Below, piece after piece: positions 1-16,033 of a stretch of 64,000 nt of DNA. Source of the DNA: the human T2T-CHM13v2.0 reference genome, Homo sapiens; assembly GCF_009914755.1 (NCBI RefSeq), contig NC_060932.1; one strand, 5' to 3'. A model generated the notes under the pieces. It was not told where the DNA came from, searched no databases, and saw nothing but the letters and a program-made list of their open reading frames with translations. How positions within the stretch are numbered: the first letter of the stretch is position 1; the number at the start of each line of letters is the position of its first letter. The position numbers and the translations under genes were made by a program.

Positions 1-64
1 GCAAGATTGGCCTTGTTATCTCTCCCCTTATTTCTCTGATGGAAGACCAAGTGCTACAGCTTAA
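1..64 (+). CDS. WRN: WRN exon 15, 3' part (helicase motif Ia)
   Basis: Reads KIGLVISPLISLMEDQVLQL(K); donor AA|gtaagt at 65. Confidence 0.97.
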   Translation, partial: QDWPCYLSPYFSDGRPSATA

Positions 65-450
65 GTAAGTCATGTTATCATTGCCACAATATCACCCTCT
101 TTTTTTCTTCTGTGGGTGAAACATCTGATCCATCATGCATGTTAAAATCTAGTTCACAATAACACATTTCTGCAGGTATTGCTTTATCTTTATTGGTAAT
201 AAATGACCCTTTAGTGGAAGAGCTTACCTTCTTTCTTGTGTTCTCTGTAATTCAAAGCTACCAGGTGGCCCTGATAAAATTTTTTTAAAAAACATTATTA
301 CTTTATGCTGGTTTACATTGAATATCTCAAAATTCTTTTCTCTTTTTGTTACCCTTGCTTTTTAGCTTGATAAGAAGTGTATACATGGAAGTATATTTTT
401 TATCTATGAAACACTTTTCAGCTTCTTCAACCTGAGCTTGCAATCTGTTT

Positions 451-733
451 TAAATTGATACATAATATCTTTACATATTCATGGGGTACTGTAGTATTTT
501 GATACACTCATATCAAATACACTTGATCAAATCAGGGCATTTGTTCATCAACTTGAACATTTATCATTTCTTTGTGCTGGGAACATTTCTAATCTTTTCT
601 TTGAGTTATTTTGAAATACACAGTGTTGTTGTTAACTATAGTTACCCTACTGTTGGTTAATGAGTACAAACATACAGTTAGAAGGAATAGGTTCTAGCAA
701 CCTATTCCTTTACCCCCTGTCATCCCCTGCTGC
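451..733 (-). mobile_element. L1M(A)-type 3' end, 5'-truncated, with about 20-bp TSD
   Basis: L1MA 3'UTR motifs; flanks cctgagcttgcaatctgttt (431-450) and cctgagcttgcagtctcttt (734-753). Confidence 0.75.
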
Positions 734-796
734 CCTGAGCTTGCAGTCTCTTTCAAAGACCCACCTTAAAAACTTGCATTCTGATAAGGCCCTTGA

Positions 797-1021
<225 letters not shown>

Positions 1022-1031
1022 TGAGTAATTT

Positions 1032-1110
1032 TTTTCCCTCAACTTTTATTTTGGATTTATGGGGGTGCATATGCAAGTTTGTTACGTGGGTGAATTACAT
1101 GTTGCTGAGG
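1032..1110 (-). mobile_element. Very short L1 3'-end fragment (old L1PA/L1PB type) inserted at the exon-16 donor
   Basis: caacttttattttggattt..ggggtgcatatgcaagtttgttacgtgggtgaatt..gctgagg matches the L1 3' terminus; 16-bp TSD at 1016-1031 and 1111-1126. Confidence 0.8.
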
Positions 1111-1389
1111 AAGTTGTGAGTAATTTATGTCATTTCTAATCATGTGGTCAGATGTCTGTGGTATATGAGAGAATTTTGTATACAAACAAATTTTACTAAA
1201 TGCATGAAAAAAAAAGTCCATGATTTTAAAATGCACTTTCTTTTGTACCTTTGCAGGACTGTTACTTTTTAAATCCTTCAAACTTGAAGAAATCTGTTAT
1301 TCTCGGTTCTTGGGCTATAAGATTAGCATTGTACTCATAGAATTATAAAAATTTTGGTTTTGGAAGAGAAGTTGGAGAATATAAAGATT

Positions 1390-1495
1390 TGTCTCATTTT
1401 ATAGATGAGAAAACTGAGGCTCAGAGACAAGTAATTTGCCCAAAATCACACAATGACTGGCTGAGCAGGGACTGGATTCTAGGTCTCTTGCCCAA
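1390..1495 (-). mobile_element. MIR
   Basis: cattttatagatgagaaaactgaggctcagaga core. Confidence 0.8.
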
Positions 1496-1540
1496 CCAAT
1501 TCTATCATGATGTAATTCCTAAGGAGAATGTCATCTCAGA

Positions 1541-1662
1541 TACACATACACACACCCATTTTGTGTGTGTGTGTGTGTGTGTATATGTACACACACACAC
1601 AAACATATGTACACTTATATATACATACACACACATATATTAATATATATGCATATATATGC
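1541..1662. repeat. Compound (CA)/(TG)/(TA) microsatellite
   Basis: (TG)10 at 1562-1581 flanked by CA- and TA-rich runs. Confidence 0.9.
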
Positions 1663-2047
1663 ATGTTCTAATTCAGAACATTTTCATCACTCCCAAAAGA
1701 ACACCCCTGCCCATTAAGCAGTTGCTTTCTTTACGTATATATTAGTATATACATACACACGAGATACACATATATTTACTGAGTTTTGATAAATGCATAC
1801 AAAGATGTAAACCAAACCTCTAACAAGATACAGAATATCACTGACACTCTAGAAAGTTTCTTCATGTCCCTCCCCAGTCTGTCCTTCCATCCTCCATCCT
1901 AGGCAAGCCACTGCTCCGATTTTCTCTACCATAGTTTGGTAGAATGCCATATAAATGCAGTCACACAATATTAACTCTTTTGTGTAAGACTTCTTTCATT
2001 TGCTGTAATGTTTCTGAGATTCTTTCATGCTGTTGCATGTATCAGTA

Positions 2048-2520
2048 GTTTTTTGTTTTGTTTTGTTTTGTTTTTGTTTTTTCAGAGTCAGGGTCTCCTT
2101 CTGTCACCCAGGCTAGAGTACAGTGGCGCAATCATAGCTTACTGCAGCCTCTAACTACTGGGCTCAAGCTATCCTCCTGCCTCTCAAGTAGGCTAGGCTG
2201 CAGGTATGTTCCACCATGCCTGGCTAATTATTAAATTTTTTGTAGAGACAGGATCTTGCTTGGTTGCCCAGGCTGGTCTTGAACTCCTGGCGTCAGGATT
2301 GTTTCCAGTTTTGGATTATTACAAATAAAGCTGAGACACATATAAGTCTTTGTATGGACATATGGTTTCATTTTATTGATACATGTCAAGGAGTGGGATG
2401 ACTGGATCGTGTGGTGGATATATGTTTAACTTTCTTTTTTCTGAGATAAAATTAGAAGGCGATCCTCCTGCCTTGGCTTTCCAAAGTGCCGGGATTACAG
2501 GCGTGAACCACCGCACCTGA
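2048..2520 (-). mobile_element. AluJ-type element split by an insertion of about 160 bp (2296-2456)
   Basis: Alu sequence at 2048-2295 resumes at about 2457-2520. Confidence 0.88.
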
Positions 2521-3456
2521 TGCAGTTGTTGTTGTTGTTGTTGTTTTAATATCTGATTATTATTTTATTGTATTTCATTGAATATAGCACAGTTTGTTTT
2601 TACATTTTCTTATTGATAGACACCTAGGCTATTTTTCTGGTTTTGGACTGTTACTAATAAAGCTGCTATACACATCCTTATAAAAATCTTTTTTGTGAAC
2701 ATGTTTTCTTTTTTTCTAAGCATTTTAAATCACCTTTATTGAGGTGTAATTGACTTACAATAAATTTTATATGCTGAGAATGTATAATTTGATAAGTTTT
2801 GACACAGGTATGCACTCATGAAACCATCATCACAATCCAGATAATGAACATATTCATCACCCACAAAGTTTACCTTTTTGTTTTAACCCCAGTCACCGGG
2901 TAACTGCTGAGCTCCTTCCTGTTACTGTAGACTAGTTTGCATTTTCTAAACTTATATACATGGAGTCATTCATATTTTATGTGCTCTTTTTTGTCTGATT
3001 TAAATAATGCAGTATAATTATTTTGAGATTCATTCATGTTATTACAGTGATTAATAGTTCATTCCTCTTATTGTTAAGTGGATTACATTTTATGGATATC
3101 CAACAAGTTGTTTATCCATTCACCTGATAGACATTTGGATCGTTTCCAGTTTTGGGTTATTACAAATAAAACTGCTATGAACATTCGTATGTAAGTCTTT
3201 GTATGGACATATGTTTTCATTTTATTATATATGACGGAGCGGAATGACTGGAACATGTGATGCATATATGTTTAACTTTCTTTTTTCTAATTGAGATAAA
3301 ATTCACAGAACATAACTTTTACCATTTTAATCATTACTAAAGTCCAGTGGGTTTTGGTATAGTAATAATATATAACCATCATAATTAATTCCAGAACATT
3401 TTCCTAACTCCCAAAAGAAATTCCATACCCATTAAGGAGTCATTCCCTATTTTCCC

Positions 3457-3768
3457 TTTTCTTTTCTTTCTTTTTTTTTTTTTTTGAGTCAGGGTCTCCC
3501 TCTGTCTCCCGGGCTGGAGTGCACTTGCATGATCTTGGTTCACTGCATCCTTGATTTCCTGGGCTCAATTGATCCTCCCACCTCAGTCTCCTGAGTAGCT
3601 GGGACTGTAGGCATATGTTACCATACCTGGCTAATTTGTTTTATTTTGAGTGGAGATGAGATTTTGCTATGTTGCCCAGGTTGCTCTCAAACTCCTGGGC
3701 TCAAGTAATTGTCCCACCTCAGCCTTCCAAAATGCTGGGATTACAGGCGTGAGCCACTCTGCCCGGCC
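3457..3768 (-). mobile_element. AluJ
   Basis: Full-length antisense Alu. Confidence 0.9.
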
Positions 3769-5815
3769 TATTATCTCTGTTCTGCCCACTTCCAACCACT
3801 AATCTACTTTCTGTCTCTATGATTTGCCTATTCTGGATGTTTCTATAAATTAACTTATACATTATATGGCCTTTTGTGTCTGGCATCTTCCACTTAGCAT
3901 AGTGATATCAGTACTTCATTCGGTCTTTTTTTATGACTGAATAATATTCCATAGTATGGGCATACACATTTTAAAAATTCATTCATCAGTGATGGACATT
4001 TGGGTTGTTTCCTTTTTGGCTGTTATGAATAATGATGCTGTGAACATTTGTGTACCAATTTTTTTATGAACATACATTTTCAACGCTTTTGCATATATGC
4101 CTAAGAGTGGAATTGCTGGGCTATATGCTAATTTTTTAAGAAACTATGAAGCTTTTGAGAGTGATTGTATCATGGGATATTCCCACCAGCAGTGTATGAG
4201 AGGTCCAGTTCCTCCCCATCCTTGCTATCACTTAGTCTGGCTGATCTTTAACTTAAGCCATTCTAATAGTATCTCATTGTATTTTTAGTTTGCTTTTCCC
4301 TAATGACTAATTATATTGAGCATTTTTCATACACTTATTGGCCATCTGTATATCTTCTTTGAGGGAGTATCTGTTCAAATCTTTTGCCTATTTTTTCTTA
4401 GTGAGTTTTGATAGTCATTTCTATATTCTGAATATAAATTATTTATTTGATATATGCTTTGCAAACATTTTCTCCTAGTTTATGGCTTTTCATACTTTCC
4501 ACACAGTTCTTTTGAAGAGCAGCAGTTTTTCATTTTGATAAAGTCCAGTTTGTCGATTCGTTCTTTTAGGGATTTTGCTTTTAGTGTTTTGACCCAAGGT
4601 CACAAAGATTTGCTTTTATGTTTTCTCCTAAAAGTTTTATAGTTTTAAGTTTTACATTTAGATTTACGATTCATTTTTAGTAAATGTTGTCTATTGTATG
4701 AGGTATTGATTACAGTTTATGTATTTTTCACATATTGTTCCAGCTCCATTTTTTAAAAAGACTATGCTTTTACACTGAATTGACTTTGTACCTTTGTCAA
4801 AAATAAATTGACTACATATATGTGGGTCTATTGCTGCACTCTCTATTCTGTGTTCTGTGGATCTATTTGTCTGTCTTGATTGGTGTCTTGATTACTGTAG
4901 CTTTATAATAAACCTGGAAATCAGGTAGCGCAAGGCCTCTTGCTTTGCTCTTTTCTTTCAAAGTTGTTCTGGCTATTCTATGTCCTTTGTATTTCTGTGA
5001 GCATGTCAGCATCACCTTTTCAACCCATATGCCTGCTGGGATTTTGAATGAGTTTACCTTGAATCTAGATATCGAAACAATTAGCTGTCTTGATAGTTAT
5101 TGTCACCGTTTTATACCGAAGAAACTAGGCATACTAAAGTAACTTGGCTAACATCACTTACCTTGTAAGAAGTAGAACTGGGCTGTTTGACATCAGAGCT
5201 TATTCTTTATACCATTTCCTATGTTAATTAGAATACAATATTAATTTCATAAAGGTAAAGGCATATCTGTTTTGTTCCTATTTGATTCCTTGTGAAAGCA
5301 CAATGCCTAGCGCACAATAGACACTTAAACTTATCTGTTGAATGGACAGGTGAATGCTTTTAAAGTCTTTCCATATAGAAAATTAAGTTTCATTACATTT
5401 GACTTGATCTAGGTTTTCATTTCATAGAATGGAGAGCAGACTCTGTAAATATTTTGCCCCAGACCTAGCCTTATTACAAACATTGTCTTAATTAGGATTC
5501 TGTCTACCCAGAATAGAAATTAACTCAAGCTAGCATGAGTGTATATTGAAATTTATATTAAGGATAAAGGAATGTCTCATAGATCCCACTCAAAAGAAAT
5601 TAGCCAGCCCTTAGGAAGAGACTGGAATTGGGTTTGGAAAATACAATAGGTCTTTCTTTTTATCTGTAGTCTTTAGTGAGTCTTCCTCATTTTTCTCTCT
5701 GAAGAGATAAGCATTCTCTGCATATATATAGCATTCTTTTAGATTTTCGTGACATAAAGTATTATTTAAACTTTCATAAGGTATCTTGATTTTAAGTTGT
5801 AATTCCTTGAGATGA

Positions 5816-5977
<162 letters not shown>

Positions 5978-6069
5978 TGATAAAGAAAGATCTCTGTAAA
6001 TACTTACTGAGTTAATATTTAAAGTTAAACCTATGGATGGACACTGGATTTCACTTCTGTTAAAGTTTA

Positions 6070-6320
6070 TTTCAAACATTACTTCCTCCAGGAAATCTCT
6101 GACTCTCTAACTTGCTGTTTCACCTATCTTATCCCATGATACTCTATAATTCCTTTTGCTATAGAAATTAGGCTCTGTTATCATAATTACCTGTTTATAT
6201 ATCTGTTTTCTTCTGCTAGGCTATAAACTTTTCAAGGGAAAAATATCACTTTTTAAAATTTATGTTTCCCCAGTGCAGTGCTTGGCATATAGGCACTTAA
6301 ACATATTGTTGAATGAATGT
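6070..6320 (+). mobile_element. L2 3' end
   Basis: gtgcttggcatataggcacttaaacatattgttgaatgaatg terminus. Confidence 0.65.
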
Positions 6321-6429
6321 TGAATCCTAGGTTCTGTGAAATTTTAATTTACTTGTTTTTCATGTTCTGTATCTAAATTAAGTCAGTGTAGTGGTTTTGT
6401 ACCCTCTTTGTTCATAAGAATCACTTTTC

Positions 6430-6560
6430 AAACTTTAAAAAAAATGTAGGTAACCAACACCCAACTCTGAAAATTCTGATTTAACAGGCCTGGGTTGGCA
6501 CCTGGCATTGGTGGTTTCTCACAGGTGATTCTGATATATAGCCCGGGTTGGAAACCACAG
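6430..6560. mobile_element. MER5A-type hAT remnant
   Basis: caggtgattctgat...gggttggaaaccac. Confidence 0.6.
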
Positions 6561-6704
6561 TACCTTTGATTAGTTGCCACTAGTGAGTATGATTTATTAC
6601 AAAAACCAAAAACTTAGATAAGTCACAGTTTATTTCCTAGAACGTGTAAATATAGAATTAGTCAAAAGCTGATAGCACTTTTTTTGTACTTAAAAATATT
6701 TTAA

Positions 6705-6938
<234 letters not shown>

Positions 6939-8064
6939 CTATCCAAGAATTGCAATCATGGCTTCTATTGCAAATGCCCCTATTTCCCACCTTCAGTTGG
7001 CCTAACCAAATTTAATTTTTCAATATCATATGATCTTTTTGTATAATTATGTATTCAAATAATTCCAGATAGGTTAGGTTTTCGAATTGCAACGTCTCAT
7101 TTAATGGTTACTTTCATATAACTGTAGGAAAGCATTTGATAATTTTTCCAACAATGTAATGAAAACAAACTTGTATCTTTTTTATTATGTGTTAAAACCA
7201 ACAAAAGAATGAGGGCAGCAATTAACATTTCATTAAATATATTAGCAATGAGTACATTTATGAGCTCTTAAACTCCCTTATTGACATACTGTATTTTTTG
7301 CCTTTAATGGACAATGAATTTGATATGTTTCCTAATAGGTTGTATGAAGTTATTGTGAATATTTCACTTTGGATTAAGAATAACTACCCTATATATAAAT
7401 TTCATGGTTGTATTGCAAAAGCTGGGGTCTATGTCCATAGTGGTTTGGGTACGTTTTTACTATTTGCTTTGTTTCTGTGATAGTGTTAAATGAATAATAA
7501 GCTTAAGTATTTAAGCAAATACTTAATACTTCTGACAAGTAGTTAGAACTCTCTATTTTTGTTTTTTTGTAATGGATGAGTTATGGACACTGCAATTATT
7601 AGAGCAGCGTACTTTGCTTATGATGGATGAAAATGTTCTCTGGTTGACTCAGTGTTGAATAAAAAGGGATACATGAAATAAAAATTATTTTTGAAATATT
7701 TTCCTTTGCCTTTTGTTGCGGGAAATTGTACAATGCTTGCAAAAATGAATATACGCAGGATATTATTTGTACAGCAGTCTGACATTTAGCTAATCAGATT
7801 CCTCATTTTTAGGTAAATGTTAAATTACTTAAGTAGTCTGGATTTTTAACAGAAACAGCAAACATAGTTTTATAGGGAGGCTCCTTACCAACCAGACTTT
7901 TAACTTAAGTGAATGTTGGCAAAAGCTTGTCTAAACTGATTTCCAGGGATAAGGTTTAGCTCCATTAAAAGCTAGTTTGTCAAACCTGTAACTAAAGCTT
8001 TTTAAAAAATGAAAGTTTTAAAAGAGACCATCATTCTGTTTTAACCTATTTAATTTAAAATCTG

Positions 8065-8542
<478 letters not shown>

Positions 8543-8889
8543 TCAGTCACTCACTCAGGTTTAGTTTCAAAAGCCAAAACAGTGATAATATTGAATTTTT
8601 TCCAGCCACTCAGTAGTACCCAGAGAATTTTGATACAAATAACTGACTTTGACCCCATGTTTAGTAGGTTTTTTTTTTGTTTGTTTGTTTGTTTTTTTTT
8701 TTTGTCTTTCTTCTCCACACTCTCTTAGGACTGTTGTAGCTTGTAATGTTAGTGAATTGTAATTGTTTATTTGCATGTCTGTCTCCTCTTTTAGAATTGT
8801 GAACTCCTCAGGTCATGGATTGTATTTTATTAGTCTTTTTATTCCTAGAAAAGTGTTTGGATAATAATAGATATTTATTAACCATAATA

Positions 8890-9120
8890 GGAGTAGTAGC
8901 ATTTTTGTGTGTGTGTGCCAGGCCCTATTTTAGCATTTTATGTGAATGATATAATTTAATTTTTAGAGCATCTAGAAAATGTTAGGTACCATTATTATCC
9001 ACATTTTACTTGTGAGAGGACTGAGACTTGGAAAGCTTAAGTAACTTGCTTAAGGTAATACACATGGCAGATGGTGGAGCCAGGTTCTGCATCTGGGCAG
9101 TCTGACTTTAGAGCTTTTTA
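8890..9120 (-). mobile_element. MIR
   Basis: attattatccacatttt..gactgag..ttaagtaacttgcttaaggt. Confidence 0.7.
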
Positions 9121-9908
9121 ATCATCCTCCTCCTAGTGTCCGAACATTATTAATGCTCAGAGAAGTATCAAAGAATGATGATACTCATTGAGGGAAAAAA
9201 TTATTCTTAAGTATCAATTTGTTAATTGAGGACAAAAGCACTACTGTTACTACTGTGAAAAATCTGAAAACATTGTCACGGATGATTTTACAATAACATC
9301 CTTTTCTGACATGCATTACAACACACTATTGATTCCGTTTCAATGTTTGTGTCTGGTATGGGGGCGGAGTGGAGAGGCTACTACAGGAAGAAAGAACAAA
9401 TAACATTTCTTCTTACTACTTTGTGCATCATGTGATTTAGCTCCTCCCATACCATTTTACATTAGAAAATGTGGCTGTCCTCCTGTGCTCTAGTACTGGC
9501 ATTTCAGAGGACTCTTTGCAATATGATATGTGATCAATCATGGATGGCGATGCAGTTAATTTCAGTAGAAATTTGCTGACTCTTTTTATCTCTTTTAATA
9601 GCTAATGCATGAGATAAAATTGAAGGTATTACCAAGGAGAAATGCAGGTGGATAGTTTTGGAGGCAAAGTCACAGTAAGCAATTCATCTCTCCAAGGAAT
9701 AGTGATGAAAGCTGAGATCCAATAAATGTCTTGTTTGGATTAATACATAAATATTTCCTTTTAAAATTCTTAAGGCTTTTATTCATATATCTCCCCTCTC
9801 CCTATTTCCAATAATGATTTTTGGTGTTAATATGATGATATTTATGCTTCTGTTTTTATAGGAACCAAATACTTTGATTTGGTTATTTATTCTCCTTTGG
9901 AGATGTAG

Positions 9909-10115
<207 letters not shown>

Positions 10116-10259
10116 TAATAAGGAGAGCATTCAGGATTGGGGAGTGGTAAAGAAGCTGAAGACTTCACTATAAAAGAGCAAATGGATAATGTAAAAAGAG
10201 AACTATTTTTTTAAAAATGCTAAAGTTGGTATATAATCTATTGAGGAATATAATAGAAC

Positions 10260-10445
10260 AAGGCTTGACAAACCTTTTCTGAAAGGACCAGATAATAAAT
10301 ATTTCAAGCTTTATAGGCCACATGTAGTCTGTATCACATATTCCTCTCTCTGTTTTTTCTTTTAGTAACCCTTTAAAAATATAAAGAGTTACATTTTTCA
10401 CTGGTGGGCCATAACAAAACAGGCTGTGGGCCATATTTGTCCGAA
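10260..10445 (+). mobile_element. MER58-type hAT-Charlie element
   Basis: caaaccttttctgaaaggaccagataataaatattt..ggcc and acaggctgtgggccatatttg. Confidence 0.65.
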
Positions 10446-10603
10446 TGTCTTCTCAGTGATCTTTCATCCGTATGTCCTTTTACTCTAGGATGCTGTGAAA
10501 TCCTGGTTACCCCTTCTTGTATCACATTGAAAACCTAAAGTTTGAACTATTCTATAGAAATTTTATTAAAGCTTTTGGTATTAGAATTTCCCTTTCTTCC
10601 CTA

Positions 10604-11018
<415 letters not shown>

Positions 11019-11487
11019 TTATTTTGAAAATTGTAGATTCACAAGAAGTTGTAAAAAAAAAAATACCTATATAGAGGTCCTATGTACCTTTCATCCAGTT
11101 TCCTGAACAGTAACATCTTGTGTGACTATAGTACAATATCAAAACTAGGAATATGACATTTGTACAGTATCTAGAGTTTATTCCTATTTCTCTAGTTTTG
11201 TAAGTACTCTTTTGTATGGCATGTGTATTGTTCTATACAGTTTAATCTCATGTACATTTGTGTAACTACCACTGCAGTCAGGATGCCAAATGTTCCCTTA
11301 CCACAAAGCTCCCTGGAGCTGTTCTTCCCACCCCTGGCCCTAGCCACTGGCAACCACAAATCTGGTCTCTATCTCTAAAATATTATTTCAAGAATGTTAT
11401 ATACATGGAATCATGCAATTTGTCACCTTTTGGAATTAGTTTTTTTCACTCAACATAACTACCTTGAGATCTATCCAAGTTGTTTGT

Positions 11488-12683
11488 GGTCATGTGTTGC
11501 CTAACAACAGGGATATGTTCTGAGAAATGTGTTCTTAGGACATTTTGTGGTTGTCTGAACATGGACTTACACAAACCTACATGATAAAGCTTACTGCACA
11601 CCTAGGCTATATGATAGAGCCTATTGCTCCTAGGCTGTAAACCTGTACAGATGTTACTGTAATGAATATTGCAGGCAATTGTAATACAATGGTAAGTATT
11701 TGTGTATCTAAACTTATCTAATGTAGAAAAGGCACAGTAAAAATACAGTATAAAAGATAAAAGATGGTATACCTGTATAGGGTGCTTCCTGTGAATGGAG
11801 CTTGTAGGACTGGAAGTTGCTCTGAGTGAGTGAGGGAGTGGCGAGTGAATGTAAAGGCCTAGGACATTACTGTACACTACTGTAGACTTTATACATATTG
11901 TACACTTAGGCGACACTAAATTTTTAAAATTTTCTTTAAAAATTTTCTTTCTTCAATAATAAATTAATCTCAGTTTACTGTAACTTTAATTCATAAACCT
12001 AAAACATTTTTTGACTTTGGACTCTTGTAATAATTCTTAGATTAAAACATGAACACATTGTACAGCTGTACAAAAATTTTTTCTTCCTTGATTAATGCAT
12101 TCCATAAGGCTTTATTTTAAAATTTTATTATTTTTATTTTTAAAACTTTTTTGTTAAAAACTAAAATACACACATATCAGACTAGACCTACACAGGGTCA
12201 GGATCATCAATGTTGCTGTCTTCCACCTCCACGTCTTATCCCACTGGAAGTTCTTTAGGGGCAGTAACACTCATGGAGCTGTCATCTGTGATAACAATGC
12301 CTTCTCCTAGATACCTCCTGAAGGACCTGCCTGAGGCTGTTTTTCAGTTAACTTTAAAAAATGAATACGTAGGAGGAGTATACTCTAAAATAATGGAAAA
12401 GGGTATAGGTAAATACGTAAACCAGTAACATACTTGTTTATTATTCATCAAGTTATATACTGTATATAATTGTATGTGCTATACTTTTTAATGCCTGGTA
12501 GTGCAGTAGGTTTATTGACAGCAGCATCACCACAAACGTGAGCAGTGCCTTGTGCTAAGACATTATGCTGGCTATGACATCACTTGGTGATAGGAATTTT
12601 TCAGCTCCATTATAATCTTATGGGACCACTGTTCCACATGTGCTCTGTCATTGACAGAAATGCCGTTAAGTACCACATGACTA
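11488..12683. mobile_element. Tigger3/MER7 (Golem) non-autonomous DNA transposon, about 1.2 kb
   Basis: Degenerate TIRs gtcatgtgttgcctaac / gttaagtaccacatgac; internal cctattgctcctaggct motif. Confidence 0.85.
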
Positions 12684-12846
12684 TTTTTTTTAGTGGTCTG
12701 TTCCTTTTTATTATTACAGAGTATTCCACAGTATGGTTGTACCACAGTTTAACTGATCACCTGTTGAAGAACTTTTGGGTTGTTTTCCAGTTTTTGACTA
12801 TTATGAATAAAGATGCTATGAACATTTGTTCATATCTCAAAGGTTC

Positions 12847-13156
<310 letters not shown>

Positions 13157-14419
13157 TTCAGAGATTCTTTAATGGGTGAATGGTTAAACAACCTGAAAAT
13201 ATAAAAGTTTTCATTTCTCTGGGATAAATGTCCAGGAGTGTATTTTTAGTTTTTAAGGAATTGTCACAAACCTGTTTTCCAAAGTGGCTGTAGCATTCTA
13301 CATTCCTGTCAGCAGTGTGTGAATGATCTAGTTATCCTTGCCACCGTTTGTTGTTGCAACTGTTTTTTATTTTAGCCATTTCGATAGGTGTCGAGTGGTA
13401 TCTCACTTTTAATTTGCATTTCTCTCATGGCTAATGATGGTGAACGTCTTTTCATATACTAATTTGCCTCTGGTGAAATTTCTTACATAATTGGAGTGCT
13501 TGTTTTTTTCTGTTGAGTTTTAAGAGTTTAAAAAATACATTGTAGATATGAGTCCTTGGTCAGATACGTGGTTTCAAATATTTCTTTCACTTTGTAGCTT
13601 GCCTTTTCATTCTTTTTACCGTGTCTTTCACAGAGTAAATATTTAACATTTTAGTGAAATCCAGTTTATCATTTTTTCTTTTATGGATTGTGCTCTTCAC
13701 CTAGCCCTAGATCCTGAAGATTTTCTCCTGTGGTTCTTTCCTAAAATTGTTACAGTTTTATGTTTTAAGTCTGTGATCCATTTTGAGTTAAATTTTGTAT
13801 AAGGTGTGAGGTTTAAGTCAAGGTTCATTGTTTTCCCAATAGATTAAATTGCAGCAGATCCTTTGTTGAATAGGCTGTCCTTCCCCTGTTAAATTGCGTT
13901 TGCCCCTTTGTTGAAAGTCATGTGGGTGTATTTGTGTGGGTCTATTTCTGGGTTCTCTAGCCTGTTATATTAATTTTGAACGAATAAAGTTGGCTTATGT
14001 TTAAGTTTTCTTGGTAGTAGCGAGAAAATGGTGCCTTCTGAGCCCAGGATTTCACAATTTTGTGAGTAAACTGTGTTAGAAATTGTTTGTTATTCTTTTG
14101 GTAGGTTGTCTAGTTCAATTTCATTGCTCATTAATCTTGCTTATAGATAGCAAATTGAGAGGCATCTCAAAAATAGTATCTTTTGTTAGCTTATCTCACA
14201 GAGTTTGGTTGGAGCAGATATTAAAACAGAACAAACCAAAAATAAATTAAATATACTAGTTAGCAAGTTTATATTGAGGGAAAATCAAACCATGTGAATT
14301 GAGCTCCAATGATGTGGCTGGCCTTGGGTCAGATTTTAGTATCATGGTTCAACAAGGTAGCTATTAAAATCTTCATACTTTTTCTTGAAATAATTCTTTA
14401 GTAGTCACATAGGACAGCA

Positions 14420-16033
<1,614 letters not shown>

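Larger units (their letters stand above)
1670..5060 (-). mobile_element. Nested old L1M fragments interrupted by Alus
   Basis: Antisense L1 motifs recur (catttggatcgtttccagttttggg, cctaagagtggaattgctggg, gattactgtagctttata). Confidence 0.8.
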
